In this document: positions 8,795 to 19,466 of the stretch, in pieces
Layout of the letters: the number at the start of each line of letters is the position of its first letter
How positions within the stretch are numbered: the first letter of the stretch is position 1
Origin: Blastocatellia bacterium
GTDB taxonomy: Bacteria; Acidobacteriota; Blastocatellia; HR10
DNA: 64,000 nt
Assembly: GCA_035573895.1 (NCBI GenBank)
Contig: DATLZR010000013.1
Span: 699-64,698, forward strand
Direction of reading: 5' to 3'
Translations under genes and position numbers: made by a program
Notes under the pieces: model-generated
Database searches by the model: none
The model's input: the letters and a program-made list of their open reading frames with translations, nothing else
What the model was told of the DNA's origin: nothing

Positions 8795-11566
8795 ATGACT
8801 TTGAGCCGGGCCACAATCGGCGGGAAAATGCGTTCTTTAGTGGCGTGCTCACTGGTGCTTTTCTTCCTGTGCGGAGGGAGTGCTGGCCAGCGGGTTCACC
8901 TGAGAGTTGATCTCACAGCCGATGGGAGTTTTCTGGAGGTGACCGGGCTGGAGCTGACACGGCCGATACGCCGGGGGGCCGTCTGGAGCGCCATCGGGCG
9001 GCGGGCAGCCATCATCGGCAGCGAGGACGGGCGGAGCGAGGCGTGGGTTTATCCTCTTCAGCTCGTCAGCGATCTGCGGCTCTCTTTTCGGTTTGCGTTA
9101 CCGCCGGTGGGAAACGAGATCCCTCCTGAGATTCCCGCTCAGGACGTCGCCACCCGCATCACCGTTCGACCGGAAGCGACGACGCTGACCTACGTGCATG
9201 GAGCCTTCACCGTTCGCCAGATCGTCTTCGTTCCTCTCACGCGACCGGGAGCGATCATGCTCCTCGATGTGGATGCTCACGTGCCGCTGAAAATCTCCGT
9301 TCATTTTGAACCGACGTTTCGACTCATGTGGCCGGCAGAGCCGGGTCGCGTGACGGTCCTGGCAGATCATGCGATCAACGCGTTTCTCCTGCTCCCCGAT
9401 GCCGGGGCCGAACGCGAAACGAAAGAACGAGGCGCCGGCATCATCGGATCACCGGCAGCGGCGCTGGAAATCGAAAACGCTCCGCCTGCGGGAGACCGGA
9501 CTGATCCAGCGGCTGCGGCGAGAATGCCTCAGTATCGGCTGGTGATTGACACGGCCAAACTCCCGATTGCGCGGGTGCCGCTTCTGCGGGGAGAACGGCG
9601 CGTTGCGGTCGTGGCGCTCGGTGCCGTGTTGCCGGGGACGGTGGATGCCGCCCGGAGTCTCTATCATGAGCTGATCACCTCGATTGATCCGCTCTACCGC
9701 GAAACGGTGGAGAACTATCGCCGCCTGGCCCGCGAACGCCTCTCGATTCAGGTTCCCGACGAGCGCCTGGTCAACGCTTTCGAGTGGGCCAAGACGGCTC
9801 TGGATAAAGCATTCGCCGAGAATCCCCTGCTCGGTGCGGGACTCGTCGCCGGATTCGGGTTGGCCGGCGAGAGCGGCCGTCCGGGCTTCGCCTGGTATTT
9901 CGGGCGCGATTCCCTGTGGACGCAACTCGCCTTGAACAGTTCGGGCGACTTCGAGAAAGTGCGAGAGAGCCTGCGATTGCTCAAGAAATATCAACGGTCC
10001 GATGGAAAGATCATGCACGAACTCTCGCACGCCGCGCCCTTCGTTGAGTGGTTCAGCCGCTTTCCCTATCCTTACGCGAGCGCCGATTCCACGCCCCTCT
10101 ACATCATCGCCCTGGAGGATTACTATCGAACGAGCGGTGATCTGGCCTTCCTGCAGGAGATGTGGGAGTCGGCCCGACGCGCCTACGCTTTCGCTCGTTC
10201 GACCGACCGCGACGGCAACGGACTGATCGAAAACACCGACGTCGGTCACGGCTGGGTTGAGGGCGGGGCTCTCCATCCGGTTCACGAGGAGATTTATCTG
10301 GCGGGCCTCTGGGTGCAGGCCTCCCGCGCCATGGCACGGATGGCCGCGGCCATGGGAGACAAAGAGCTGGAGCAGCTCGGCCACGAGCAAGCCGAAAAAG
10401 CCCGACGTCAAATCGAGACTCTCTACTGGTTGAACGAGGAAGGCTATTACGCTTTCGCCCGCCAGCGGGACGGTCGCTTGGTCGAGGAAAAGACCGTGAT
10501 GCCAGCCGTGCCGATGATCTGGCGGCTGCTTGAGGACGAGCGGGCGCGCCGCACGCTGGAGGCGCTGGCTGCCTCGGATATGACGACCGATTGGGGAGTC
10601 CGCCTGCTCAGTCGTGAGAGCGAGAAGTACAATCCCATCAGCTACCATCACGGGAGCGTATGGCCCCTGTTCACCGGCTGGGCCGCCCTGGCCAGCTACC
10701 GCTATCACAAAGCTCCTGCCGCTGCCGCTGCGCTCATGGCCAACGTTCTGTTGACGGAGAGCGGAAGTCTCGGCTGGGTGACGGAGGTTCTTTCGGGCGA
10801 TCGGTTCAGCTCCATTGGCGTCCCCCAGCAGATCTGGTCCTCGGCCATGGTCATTCTTCCGCTGGTGCGAGGGCTCTTCGGATTGGAAGGGGATGCTCCT
10901 GCGTCACTCCTTCGGTGTGAGCCGCAACTGCCACCGGAATGGGATCAGGCCTCCGTGCGCAATGTGCGCGTCGGTCACACGCTCGTGGATATCGAATTCA
11001 AACGCAGCCTTGACCGGGTGGGTCCCCATCCGGGAATAGCGCGAATGATGGTGACGATCACCCAACGAAGGCTCCCTTCTACGTCGGCGACTCCGCTGAC
11101 GGTTGAACTCGCTCCGAGCTTCCCTCTGGATGCCACAATCCACAGCGTCACCGTTAACGGACGCCCGGCGGCGTTTGAGATGATTCGTGGGGCGGAAGAT
11201 CAGATCTGCCGTCTCACTGTGCCGCCACTTGGACGAGCAATCGTTGATATTCGCTACCGGCAGGGAACGAGCCTGAGCCTGTCTCCGGTGGAACCCCGGG
11301 AGGGAGATCGTCCGCGTGGATTAAAGCTCCTGAGAGTGGAATACGGCGAGACGGCCGTGAGCGCTCTCGTTGAAGGTGTCGCCGGGGAAACCTACCTCCT
11401 TGATTTGTTCACTCCCCGCGAGATTGCCGGGACTACCGATGTCGAGATCATCGGTCGCGAGCCCTCGGCTGCCTGGGGCATGCGCTATCGGCTGCGCGTT
11501 CGCCTCCGCCCATCCATTCACGAATCGGTCGTGCGACAGAAGCTGAGCGTGACGTTCGCTCCCTGA
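8795..11566 (+). CDS. Secreted (alpha/alpha)6-barrel glycoside hydrolase-like protein, amylo-alpha-1,6-glucosidase/GDE_C-like family.
   Basis: Signal peptide MRSLVACSLVLFFLCGGSAG. Central region GFAWYFGRDSLWTQLAL...YHHGSVWPLFTGWAALA resembles glycogen-debranching/GH63-like six-hairpin glycosidases. Start is ambiguous: GTG 8768, ATG 8795 or ATG 8828. Confidence 0.6.
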   Translation: MTLSRATIGGKMRSLVACSLVLFFLCGGSAGQRVHLRVDLTADGSFLEVTGLELTRPIRRGAVWSAIGRRAAIIGSEDGRSEAWVYPLQLVSDLRLSFRFALPPVGNEIPPEIPAQDVATRITVRPEATTLTYVHGAFTVRQIVFVPLTRPGAIMLLDVDAHVPLKISVHFEPTFRLMWPAEPGRVTVLADHAINAFLLLPDAGAERETKERGAGIIGSPAAALEIENAPPAGDRTDPAAAARMPQYRLVIDTAKLPIARVPLLRGERRVAVVALGAVLPGTVDAARSLYHELITSIDPLYRETVENYRRLARERLSIQVPDERLVNAFEWAKTALDKAFAENPLLGAGLVAGFGLAGESGRPGFAWYFGRDSLWTQLALNSSGDFEKVRESLRLLKKYQRSDGKIMHELSHAAPFVEWFSRFPYPYASADSTPLYIIALEDYYRTSGDLAFLQEMWESARRAYAFARSTDRDGNGLIENTDVGHGWVEGGALHPVHEEIYLAGLWVQASRAMARMAAAMGDKELEQLGHEQAEKARRQIETLYWLNEEGYYAFARQRDGRLVEEKTVMPAVPMIWRLLEDERARRTLEALAASDMTTDWGVRLLSRESEKYNPISYHHGSVWPLFTGWAALASYRYHKAPAAAAALMANVLLTESGSLGWVTEVLSGDRFSSIGVPQQIWSSAMVILPLVRGLFGLEGDAPASLLRCEPQLPPEWDQASVRNVRVGHTLVDIEFKRSLDRVGPHPGIARMMVTITQRRLPSTSATPLTVELAPSFPLDATIHSVTVNGRPAAFEMIRGAEDQICRLTVPPLGRAIVDIRYRQGTSLSLSPVEPREGDRPRGLKLLRVEYGETAVSALVEGVAGETYLLDLFTPREIAGTTDVEIIGREPSAAWGMRYRLRVRLRPSIHESVVRQKLSVTFAP

Positions 11567-11806
11567 AACGCTGTGTGATGCCCGGGTGAAGGGATGCTGC
11601 GGGCGCCCTCCTCCAGAGCTGCCCTGCCCGCCGCGGGGATGCTGCGATTGACTTTCCCGGTGACGCTCGAATAAGCTTTGCCCTCGACATGGACCCACGC
11701 AGCAGTAGGTCGTCAACGGAGAGAAAATTTCACCACCGATGAACCCGGAGGAACACGGAAGGTGAGACAATCCGCGGTCATCCGTGGTCATTTTCGGAGG
11801 AAAGTC

Positions 11807-13921
11807 ATGAAAAAGCGCGTGCGACAATTCCGGAAAGCACTACGCCTCGCCGCTTCGTTTTTCCTGATCCTCTCGCTGAGCGGTCTCGTCAGCTCCGTCG
11901 GGGCACGAGCCGACGAGGGGATGTGGACGTTCGACAATCCCCCGCTCAAGCATCTGGCCGAGCGCTACGGGTTCACCCCTACCCAGGAGTGGCTCGATCA
12001 TGTGCGGCTGTCGAGCGTGCGCTTCAACGATGGCGGATCGGGGTCGTTTGTCAGCCCTCGCGGACTCGTCCTGACCAACCATCACGTTGCTCTGGGCCAG
12101 TTGCAGAAAATTTCCACGCCGGAGAAGGACTACGTGAAAGATGGCTTTTATGCCCGGACGCTGGAGGAAGAGATCAAATGTCCCGACCTGGAACTGAACG
12201 TGCTCGTCTCGATGGAGAATGTGACGGCGCGCGTGCAGAGGGCGGTCACGCCCGGCATGAGCGAGAAACAGGCTCTCGATGCGCGCAAAGCGGAGATTGC
12301 TCGCATTGAGAAAGAGAGCCTGGACGCAACCGGCCTGCGCTCGGATGTGGTCACGCTCTACGGGGGCGGCGAATACTGGCTCTATCGCTACAAGCGTTAC
12401 ACCGATGTGCGGCTCGTTTTTGCTCCGGAGCAACAGATTGCTTTCTTTGGAGGCGATCCCGACAACTTCACCTATCCCCGGTATGATCTCGATTTCGCTC
12501 TCTTCCGCGTCTACGAAAACGGTCGGCCACTTCAGACGCCGCACTACTTGAAATGGAACAGCCGTGGCGCAGCCGAAGGGGAATTGGTCTTCGTATCCGG
12601 TCATCCGGGTTCGACCGATCGCTGGCTCACGCTCTCACAAATCGAAACGCAACGAGATTACCTCTATCCGCTGACGCTGAAGACCCTCACCCGACGGCTC
12701 GAACTCCTCAGGGCATACGCGGCTCGGAGTCCCGAGCATGCGCGCCAGGCGGCGGGGCTCATCTTCAGCCTGGAAAATGCCATCAAAGCCTACACCGGTG
12801 AATATCGGGGGCTGCGCGATCCCGCCCTCATGGCCAAGAAGGAGAAGGAAGAGAACGAATTTCGCCGCCAGATCATGAGCCGCCCCGAATGGGCCCGCGC
12901 CTTCGGCAGCGCCTGGGACGCCATTGCGGCAGCCGAGAAGAAACAGCGGGAGATGCTCAAACCGCTTCGATTTCGCTCGCTCAGGCGGAGTTTCTCCGAG
13001 CTCGCCGACATCGCTCTGACCATCGTGCAGTACGTCGTCGAGGTGAAAAAACCGGATGCCGACCGACTCGATGGCTATCATGATGCCCAACTGGAGTCGC
13101 TGCGGTTTGCGCTCTTTTCTCCTGCGCCCATCTATCGGGAGATGGAAGAAGTGCTGCTCGCCGACAGCCTCCAGGAATCGCTCGAGGAGCTGGGGCCGGA
13201 GGATCCGTTCATCCGGGCGGCTCTGGGGGGTCGCCGTCCCGCTGAGGTTGCCCGCGACATCATCTCCGGAACGAAACTCGATGACCCACAGGTTCGTCGC
13301 TCTCTCATCGAGGGAGGGGAGGCCGCCGTCGCTGCCTCGTCCGATCCGCTCATTGCCTTCGCTCGCCGCATAGACCCGTTCATCCGGGAGATGCGCCGAT
13401 GGTATGAGGAGAATGTCCTCAGCGTGGTCACAGCGGCGGGCGAGAAACTCGCGGCGGCTCGATTCGCCGTCTACGGCAAGTCCGTCTATCCTGATGCGAC
13501 CTTCACCCTGCGACTGGCCTACGGCACGGTCAAAGGCTATCCCATGAATGGGACGCAGGCTCCCCCGAAGACGACCTTTCATGGACTCTATGATCGCGCC
13601 TACAGCTTCGATTTGAAACCGCCTTACCATTTGCCGCCGCGGTACCTGGAACGAAAAGGGAAGCTCGATCTCACGACCCCGCTCAACTTCGTCAGCACTT
13701 GCGACATCATTGGCGGCAATTCCGGCTCGCCGGTGATCAATCGCCAGGGGGAACTCGTGGGCGTCATCTTCGACGGCAATATCGAAAGCCTCGTGGGAAA
13801 CTTCGTCTACATCGAGGAAACAAACCGCGCCGTCGCCGTCCACAGCGCGGCCATCATTGAAGCTTTGCGCAAGCTCTACGACGCCGACGCACTGGCCGAC
13901 GAACTGGAGGGGAAACGGTAA
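11807..13921 (+). CDS. Peptidase S46 family dipeptidyl-peptidase (DPP7/DPP11-like), secreted.
   Basis: ATG 11807 is preceded by GGAGG. Signal peptide, ADEGMWTFDNPP, FNDGGSGSFVSPRGLVLTNHHV (His region) and C-terminal GGNSGSPV (Ser nucleophile), typical of S46. Confidence 0.85.
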   Translation: MKKRVRQFRKALRLAASFFLILSLSGLVSSVGARADEGMWTFDNPPLKHLAERYGFTPTQEWLDHVRLSSVRFNDGGSGSFVSPRGLVLTNHHVALGQLQKISTPEKDYVKDGFYARTLEEEIKCPDLELNVLVSMENVTARVQRAVTPGMSEKQALDARKAEIARIEKESLDATGLRSDVVTLYGGGEYWLYRYKRYTDVRLVFAPEQQIAFFGGDPDNFTYPRYDLDFALFRVYENGRPLQTPHYLKWNSRGAAEGELVFVSGHPGSTDRWLTLSQIETQRDYLYPLTLKTLTRRLELLRAYAARSPEHARQAAGLIFSLENAIKAYTGEYRGLRDPALMAKKEKEENEFRRQIMSRPEWARAFGSAWDAIAAAEKKQREMLKPLRFRSLRRSFSELADIALTIVQYVVEVKKPDADRLDGYHDAQLESLRFALFSPAPIYREMEEVLLADSLQESLEELGPEDPFIRAALGGRRPAEVARDIISGTKLDDPQVRRSLIEGGEAAVAASSDPLIAFARRIDPFIREMRRWYEENVLSVVTAAGEKLAAARFAVYGKSVYPDATFTLRLAYGTVKGYPMNGTQAPPKTTFHGLYDRAYSFDLKPPYHLPPRYLERKGKLDLTTPLNFVSTCDIIGGNSGSPVINRQGELVGVIFDGNIESLVGNFVYIEETNRAVAVHSAAIIEALRKLYDADALADELEGKR

Positions 13922-13944
13922 TCTCCGGGAGCCCGAGCGCCGTC

Positions 13945-14038
13945 GAAGTAGCGCAGACTTCCTAGTCCGCGAAGAACCGCCGGCTTGAAAGCCTGCACTA
14001 CAGGTGGCGAAAAAACGCAGGCTCGAAAACCCGCGCGA
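13945..14038 (-). repeat. Dispersed double-hairpin repeat, locus B: two units, inverted orientation.
   Basis: Revcomp contains gcgcgggttttcgagcctgcgttttttcgcc... and aggctttcaagccgg...cgcggactaggaagtctgcgctac. Intergenic between the S46 peptidase and the nitrilase. Confidence 0.75.
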
Positions 14039-14051
14039 CAGGTGTGCGACG

Positions 14052-15047
14052 ATGAGAGTAGCAGGAATTCAAGCGGCACCCATTTTCCTCGATCGGCAGG
14101 CGACGCTCGACAAAATGCTTTCGCTTATCGCTGAGGCAGCCCGCGAGGGAGCTGAGCTGTGCGCCTTTCCCGAAGTCTTCCTCTCCGGGTATCCGGCCTG
14201 GCTCAGTCTGACCGGTGGAGCCCGCTTCAACGATGATCGTCAGAAAGAGGCCTATGCGGTGCTGCTCGATCAAGCCGTTCGCCTAGACGGCCCCGAAGTA
14301 CGTGCGCTCGAACGCGCGGCCCGCGAACACAGGATCTTCGTCTATGCCGGAATGAGCGAGCGCGGCCTGACCGAGCATCAGGGCCGGGGAACGGTCTATT
14401 GCACGCTTCTGGCCATTGATCCGCAGCGGGGCGTCGTTAACGTCCATCGAAAGCTCAAACCGACTTACGAAGAGCGATTGGTCTGGGGCGATGGTGATGG
14501 TGGGGGTCTCCGCGTCCTCCCCTACCAGGGTTGGCGCATCGGCGGACTCATCTGCTGGGAGAATTGGATGCCGCTCGCCCGCACCGCTCTTTATGCTCAG
14601 GGCGAGGAACTGCACGTCTCGGTCTGGCCGGGGAATCCCTCACTGGTCATGGACAACGGTCGTTTTGTCGCCCTCGAGGGGCGAGTCTATGTGCTGGCCG
14701 TCTGCGGCATCCTTCGGGCGGAGGATATTCCCCCGACGTTTCCTCTGCGTGAGGACATGCTGGCTCACGGAAACGTCTTTTATCGCGGAGGGACCTCGAT
14801 CTTCGCCCCCGATGGAACGCTCGTGGCGGGTCCTCTGGTTGATGTCGAGGGCATCGTCTATGCCGACATTGACTCCCGGATGGTCTCTCGTGAGCGGCAG
14901 AATTTCGATCCAACCGGTCACTATGCTCGACCCGATGTATTCCGCCTTCGCGTGGATCGTCGCCGTCGGCTGAGCGTCTCCTTTCGTGACGGTCCCGGCG
15001 ACGACCGACCCTCAGAAAAGAGAAGCCGCGCGGACTCGACCGACTGA
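14052..15047 (+). CDS. Nitrilase/cyanide hydratase family carbon-nitrogen hydrolase.
   Basis: Glu-Lys-Cys triad context: CAFPEVF, HRKLKPT, GLICWENWMP. ATG at 14052. Confidence 0.85.
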   Translation: MRVAGIQAAPIFLDRQATLDKMLSLIAEAAREGAELCAFPEVFLSGYPAWLSLTGGARFNDDRQKEAYAVLLDQAVRLDGPEVRALERAAREHRIFVYAGMSERGLTEHQGRGTVYCTLLAIDPQRGVVNVHRKLKPTYEERLVWGDGDGGGLRVLPYQGWRIGGLICWENWMPLARTALYAQGEELHVSVWPGNPSLVMDNGRFVALEGRVYVLAVCGILRAEDIPPTFPLREDMLAHGNVFYRGGTSIFAPDGTLVAGPLVDVEGIVYADIDSRMVSRERQNFDPTGHYARPDVFRLRVDRRRRLSVSFRDGPGDDRPSEKRSRADSTD

Positions 15048-15084
15048 GCCTTTTGCCTGTCGAGAGCGCGGCCGGAACCGAGAC

Positions 15085-15125
15085 AAAATAAAAAGACCCT
15101 GAGCGTCTGACTCAGGGCGTTTCAG
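15085..15125. terminator. Bidirectional rho-independent terminator between the nitrilase (+) and csp (-).
   Basis: The stem CCCTGAG...CTCAGGG lies at 15097-15117. It is flanked by an A-rich run upstream and T-rich sequence on the opposite strand. Confidence 0.6.
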
Positions 15126-15143
15126 AACGTCGAGCGACCCGTA

Positions 15144-15350
15144 CTAGCGGATTTTTTCTACGTTTTCGGCCTGAAGTCCTTTGGGCCCGCGAACGACATC
15201 GAAGGTGACGACCTCGCCTTCCTCGAGCGAGCGGAAGCCTTCGGATTTAATCGCCGTGTAGTGAACGAACACGTCACCACCCTCCTGGCGTTCGATGAAG
15301 CCATATCCCTTCTTGTTGTTGAACCACTTCACGCGTCCTGTTTCACGCAT
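15144..15350 (-). CDS. Cold-shock protein, CspA family.
   Basis: [34 protein letters not shown]... RNP motifs. ATG at 15348-15350. A long upstream leader of about 150 nt or more is typical of csp genes. Confidence 0.9.
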   Translation of the reverse strand: MRETGRVKWFNNKKGYGFIERQEGGDVFVHYTAIKSEGFRSLEEGEVVTFDVVRGPKGLQAENVEKIR

Positions 15351-15750
15351 TTCAAACAAACTCCTTTCTCCAAATTTTCCATTACTGCCTTTGGTCTTTC
15401 GTCAGCCGGGAGAAGTTGCGCCACCACTTACTGGCCCATCCTCGCTCAAGCTCCCAAAAGCCAAATTCAGTAACGGCGAGAGACTACAGAAGTTCACCCT
15501 GAATGTCAACAGGAAAAGGCTTCCCGCTCGGCCAGGTGGTGCGATCGGTCTCGTTAGCACCAGACCGCGGACAGTAGGGCCAACGGTCCTCCGAAAATCA
15601 CCAGGGACAGACACGGATTGGGACGGATCCTCCGATCGCCCTGTGTTCATCCCTGTTCACCGGAGTGAGATTTTCATCGTTTCAGGGCGGGCAGCCCGCG
15701 CCCCATGAGGGGTTCGCTCCGGAATCGCCCACTCCGGGGGAGATCGTCTT

Positions 15751-16239
15751 TTATTCTCTCTCGTGCTCTTCCTCCGCTTGAGGCGAAGCGGGTGGAGCTT
15801 CTCCCCGGAGTTCCTGATGATGGATGCGCCCTCCCAGGTGAGCGGTCCAGATCATGAGCCCGCTCGACACGATGGCCAGAAGCAGCGTGAGCGTCACGAT
15901 CCGTCGCGCTCGCTGATCTCCCCGACGGCCGAGAAATAATCCCGCCAGAGCGGCGACGGCGGCGGCCTCCAGGGCGAGCAATGACGGAAGGGCCGATTCC
16001 TCATGTTCCTCGACGGCATCGGTCGAAACGCCCGGCAGCGAGTGAACGAGTTCCTCGGCAGGCTCGCCGCTCAGATAGGCGGGAATTGCCAGCACCGCTA
16101 CGATAACGAGCGTGACCAGCGCCGCTCGCTCGATCTCCTGACTTTTCCGGGCGACGGCGACAAGTAGCAAAAGAGCAGCAAAGATGGTTCCCAGAACCGG
16201 GATGTGGTTCAACCAGAGATGAAGCTGAGCCGGATTCAT
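15751..16239 (-). CDS. Hypothetical integral membrane protein.
   Basis: Four predicted hydrophobic helices. Glu-rich C-terminus. No catalytic motif recognised. Confidence 0.45.
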   Translation of the reverse strand: MNPAQLHLWLNHIPVLGTIFAALLLLVAVARKSQEIERAALVTLVIVAVLAIPAYLSGEPAEELVHSLPGVSTDAVEEHEESALPSLLALEAAAVAALAGLFLGRRGDQRARRIVTLTLLLAIVSSGLMIWTAHLGGRIHHQELRGEAPPASPQAEEEHERE

Positions 16240-16428
16240 CGCATTTCCTCCTCATCGGTCTTCGGCGCGCTCACTTCCCCCTCATCAGAGTGCCCCGTTG
16301 AATTTAAACGTCAGTCGAGGCCGGGAGATTGTGGCACAACCATCTCATATCGGGCAACGGAGCGCGAGGTTGCTTTCTTCAGCGACGGCATCATAGAATG
16401 GCCATGGTCGTCCTCATGAGGCAGCAAC

Positions 16429-16650
16429 ATGTTCGGCAAAGGGGATCCGGTAGAACAGTTGAAAAAATTCGGATGGGCGACGGCCCTCGGTCTTGTCTTC
16501 CTCTCCAACGTGGTGGCAGGCGTATTGATCGGATATTACCTTGACCGATGGTTGGGGACCTCACCGTGGTTGTTCCTTCTCTTTCTCTTCATCGGCATGG
16601 CGGCGGCCATTTACAATGTCCTGCGCATTGCCGCGCGGATGGAGAAATGA
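16429..16650 (+). CDS. AtpZ/AtpI-like small membrane protein.
   Basis: 73 aa. LGLVFLSNVVAGVLIGYYLDRWLGTSPWLFLLFLFIGMAAAIYNV matches the AtpZ pattern (G..lD.wlgT.Pw). Confidence 0.55.
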   Translation: MFGKGDPVEQLKKFGWATALGLVFLSNVVAGVLIGYYLDRWLGTSPWLFLLFLFIGMAAAIYNVLRIAARMEK

Positions 16651-16668
16651 CTCCGCTGGAGGAAGGCG

Positions 16669-17547
16669 ATGAAAAAGCTCGACGGACAGGTCGTCATTGT
16701 GACGGGAGCATCGTCAGGGATCGGGGAAGCGGCGGCGCGAGAGATCGCCCGAGAGGGAGCGTGCGTCGTGGTGATGGCGCGACGGCGCGAGCGGCTGGAC
16801 GCCCTCGTCGCCGAGATCACTGCCGCGGGTGGACAGGCGGTGGCCGTTGCGGGCGACATCACCGTGGCAGCCGATCGGGACCGCGTGGTGGCCGAGGCGA
16901 TGGAGCGAGGGGGGCGCATTGACGCACTCATCAACAATGCCGGCTATGGTCAGGTGGGGCCGGTGGAACTCATCCCCCTGGAGGCGATTCGTCAGAATTT
17001 CGAGACCAATCTCTTTTCTCTCATTGCCCTGACGCAGCAGGTCATCCCGGTGATGCGCCGACAGCGCCGGGGACGCATCATCAATATCAGCTCGGTTGCC
17101 GGTCGAATCGCTCGCCCCTTTTCCTCCGTCTACGACGCGACCAAACATGCCCTGGAAGCCATCTCCGATGGATTGCGGGGAGAGTTGGCTCCCTTCGGGA
17201 TTCATGTGGTAGTGATCGAGCCGGGGTATATTCGCACGGAATTCACTCAGGTTGCCCAGGAGAAGATGCAGTCGGTGATCGGTGATATCGGGCCGTATGC
17301 GCCGTTCTTTTCTCAGGCGGTGGGACGATACGGAGCGGCCCGCCAGTTTGCCGGTCGCCCGGAGGATATTGCCCGCCTGATCGTCACCGCCTTAACGACG
17401 CGGCGACCCCGAACGCGCTATGCGGCTCCCGGTCACGCGCATCTGGCCCTGGCGGTCAAGCGCTTATTGCCCGATGGAATGTTTCACGCCCTGATACTCC
17501 GGCTGATGGGACTGGCGAAAGCCGCCTCCGCTCCACCAGAGGCCTGA
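16669..17547 (+). CDS. Short-chain dehydrogenase/reductase (SDR) family oxidoreductase.
   Basis: VIVTGASSGIGEA (TGxxxGxG), NNAG, S...YxxxK (YDATKHAL). Confidence 0.85.
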   Translation: MKKLDGQVVIVTGASSGIGEAAAREIAREGACVVVMARRRERLDALVAEITAAGGQAVAVAGDITVAADRDRVVAEAMERGGRIDALINNAGYGQVGPVELIPLEAIRQNFETNLFSLIALTQQVIPVMRRQRRGRIINISSVAGRIARPFSSVYDATKHALEAISDGLRGELAPFGIHVVVIEPGYIRTEFTQVAQEKMQSVIGDIGPYAPFFSQAVGRYGAARQFAGRPEDIARLIVTALTTRRPRTRYAAPGHAHLALAVKRLLPDGMFHALILRLMGLAKAASAPPEA

Positions 17548-17715
17548 CGCTCCGGCCAAGGAGCCGTCGCTCTGGAGTACGTGCGTGCAGACACTTCCCC
17601 TGGCCAAACACTGGCACGGGCAACGGTGGCAAAGAGGCGCTCACCCTTTGCTCCGCCGGGCTGGTATACTTTCACCGGCTCCACACGAGCCCACCGTAGC
17701 AAACGAGGAGGAGTT

Positions 17716-19368
17716 ATGACGAGACGCATGATTCGGGCTCCCCGAGGCCGGGAAATCAGTTGTAAGGGCTGGCACCAGGAGGCCGCCCTGCGGATGCTCA
17801 TGAACAATCTCGACCCGGATGTGGCCGAGAAACCCGACGAGTTGATCGTCTACGGAGGAACGGGGAAAGCCGCTCGTAACTGGGAGTGTTTCGACGCGCT
17901 CGTGACGTCGCTCCGCGAGCTGGAGAACGACGAAACGCTTCTCGTTCAGTCGGGCAAGCCCGTCGGCATCTTTCGCACTCATGAGTGGGCACCGCGCGTG
18001 CTCATCGCCAATGCCAATCTGGTCCCGCACTGGGCCACGCTGGACGAATTTCTCCGCCTGGAAGCGCTGGGTCTGACCATGTACGGTCAGATGACCGCAG
18101 GGAGTTGGATTTACATCGGCACCCAGGGCATTGTTCAAGGAACGTTCGAGACGTTTGCCGCCGTTGCCGAACGACATTTCGGCGGCGACTTGCGGGGACG
18201 ATTGGTCGTCTCCGGCGGCATGGGGGGCATGGGGGGCGCGCAGCCGCTGGCGGCGACCATGAACGGAGCAGCCTTCCTCGGAATTGATGTTGATCCGGCC
18301 CGCATCGAGCGCCGCATCAAGACGGGCTACTGCGACCGCATGAGCTTTGATCTCGATGAAGCGTTGACGCTCGTGCTGGAGGCCAGGGCGCGCGGCGAGG
18401 CTCTCTCCGTCGGACTTGTCGGCAACTGCGCCGACGTGCTTCCGGAACTCGTCCGGCGAGAGATTGTGCCCGATGTCCTCACCGATCAAACGAGCGCTCA
18501 CGATCCGCTCAACGGCTATGTTCCCGCCGGTCTCACGCTTGAAGAGGCCGCCCGACTGCGGCAGACCGATCCCCGCGACTACATACGCCGTAGCTACGAA
18601 TCCATCGCGCGTCACGTCGAAGCTATGCTCGAGCTGCAACGTCGCGGGGCGGTGACCTTTGAATACGGCAATAACATTCGCAAGCAGGCGGAGATCGCCG
18701 GCGTGACCCGCGCGTTTGACTTTCCCGGCTTCGTCGCCGCGTACATCCGTCCGCTCTTTTGCCAGGGGCGAGGGCCGTTTCGCTGGGTGGCGCTCTCAGG
18801 CAACCCGGCCGATATTCACGCCACGGACGATCTCGTCTGCGAACTGTTCCCCGATGATCGCGTGCTGCAACGGTGGATCCGATTGGCCCGCGAGAAGGTC
18901 CGGTTTCAAGGATTGCCCGCACGCATCTGCTGGCTCGGCTATGGCGAACGCGCCGAGTTCGGCCTCGCCATCAATGACCTCATCCGCCAGGGGAAGATCG
19001 AAGCCCCCATTGTCATCGGCCGGGATCACCTCGATTGTGGATCGGTGGCCTCGCCTTATCGTGAGACCGAAGGAATGAAGGACGGAAGCGATGCCATCGC
19101 CGATTGGCCGATCCTCAACGCGCTGCTCAATACGGCATCGGGAGCCTCCTGGGTATCGCTCCATCACGGCGGCGGCGTGGGCATCGGCTACAGCATTCAC
19201 GCCGGGCAGGTCATCGTCGCCGATGGAACATCCGAGGGCGCGCGCCGACTGGAACGCGTGCTCACCAATGATCCCGGCATCGGCATTGCCCGTCACGCCG
19301 ACGCAGGCTATGAGGAGGCCCTCACGACGGCTCGCGAAAAGGGCGTGAAAATCCCGCTGCTGAAATAA
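17716..19368 (+). CDS. hutU: Urocanate hydratase.
   Basis: ATG 17716 is preceded by [41 protein letters not shown]...[20 protein letters not shown], full-length urocanase homology. No other hut genes are adjacent. Confidence 0.9.
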   Translation: MTRRMIRAPRGREISCKGWHQEAALRMLMNNLDPDVAEKPDELIVYGGTGKAARNWECFDALVTSLRELENDETLLVQSGKPVGIFRTHEWAPRVLIANANLVPHWATLDEFLRLEALGLTMYGQMTAGSWIYIGTQGIVQGTFETFAAVAERHFGGDLRGRLVVSGGMGGMGGAQPLAATMNGAAFLGIDVDPARIERRIKTGYCDRMSFDLDEALTLVLEARARGEALSVGLVGNCADVLPELVRREIVPDVLTDQTSAHDPLNGYVPAGLTLEEAARLRQTDPRDYIRRSYESIARHVEAMLELQRRGAVTFEYGNNIRKQAEIAGVTRAFDFPGFVAAYIRPLFCQGRGPFRWVALSGNPADIHATDDLVCELFPDDRVLQRWIRLAREKVRFQGLPARICWLGYGERAEFGLAINDLIRQGKIEAPIVIGRDHLDCGSVASPYRETEGMKDGSDAIADWPILNALLNTASGASWVSLHHGGGVGIGYSIHAGQVIVADGTSEGARRLERVLTNDPGIGIARHADAGYEEALTTAREKGVKIPLLK

Positions 19369-19466
19369 GCAGTGGCTGCTCTTTTCCGCCAGGCCTGGGG
19401 ATCCCGGAGGGACGTCTCCCTCCAACAAAGCGGCATCGAGAATTTATTGAGGGTGCCCCCTGCTCC

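Noticed and set aside
15361-15750. Possible ncRNA in the 390-bp gap upstream of csp.
   Set aside because: A long structured 5-prime leader is normal for cspA-family genes. No independent RNA family signature was recognised.
19405-19428. Hairpin GGAGGGAcgTCTCCCTCC between convergent hutU and the TPP enzyme gene as a terminator.
   Set aside because: The stem is plausible but there is no clear U-tract on either strand. It is too weak to list as a feature.
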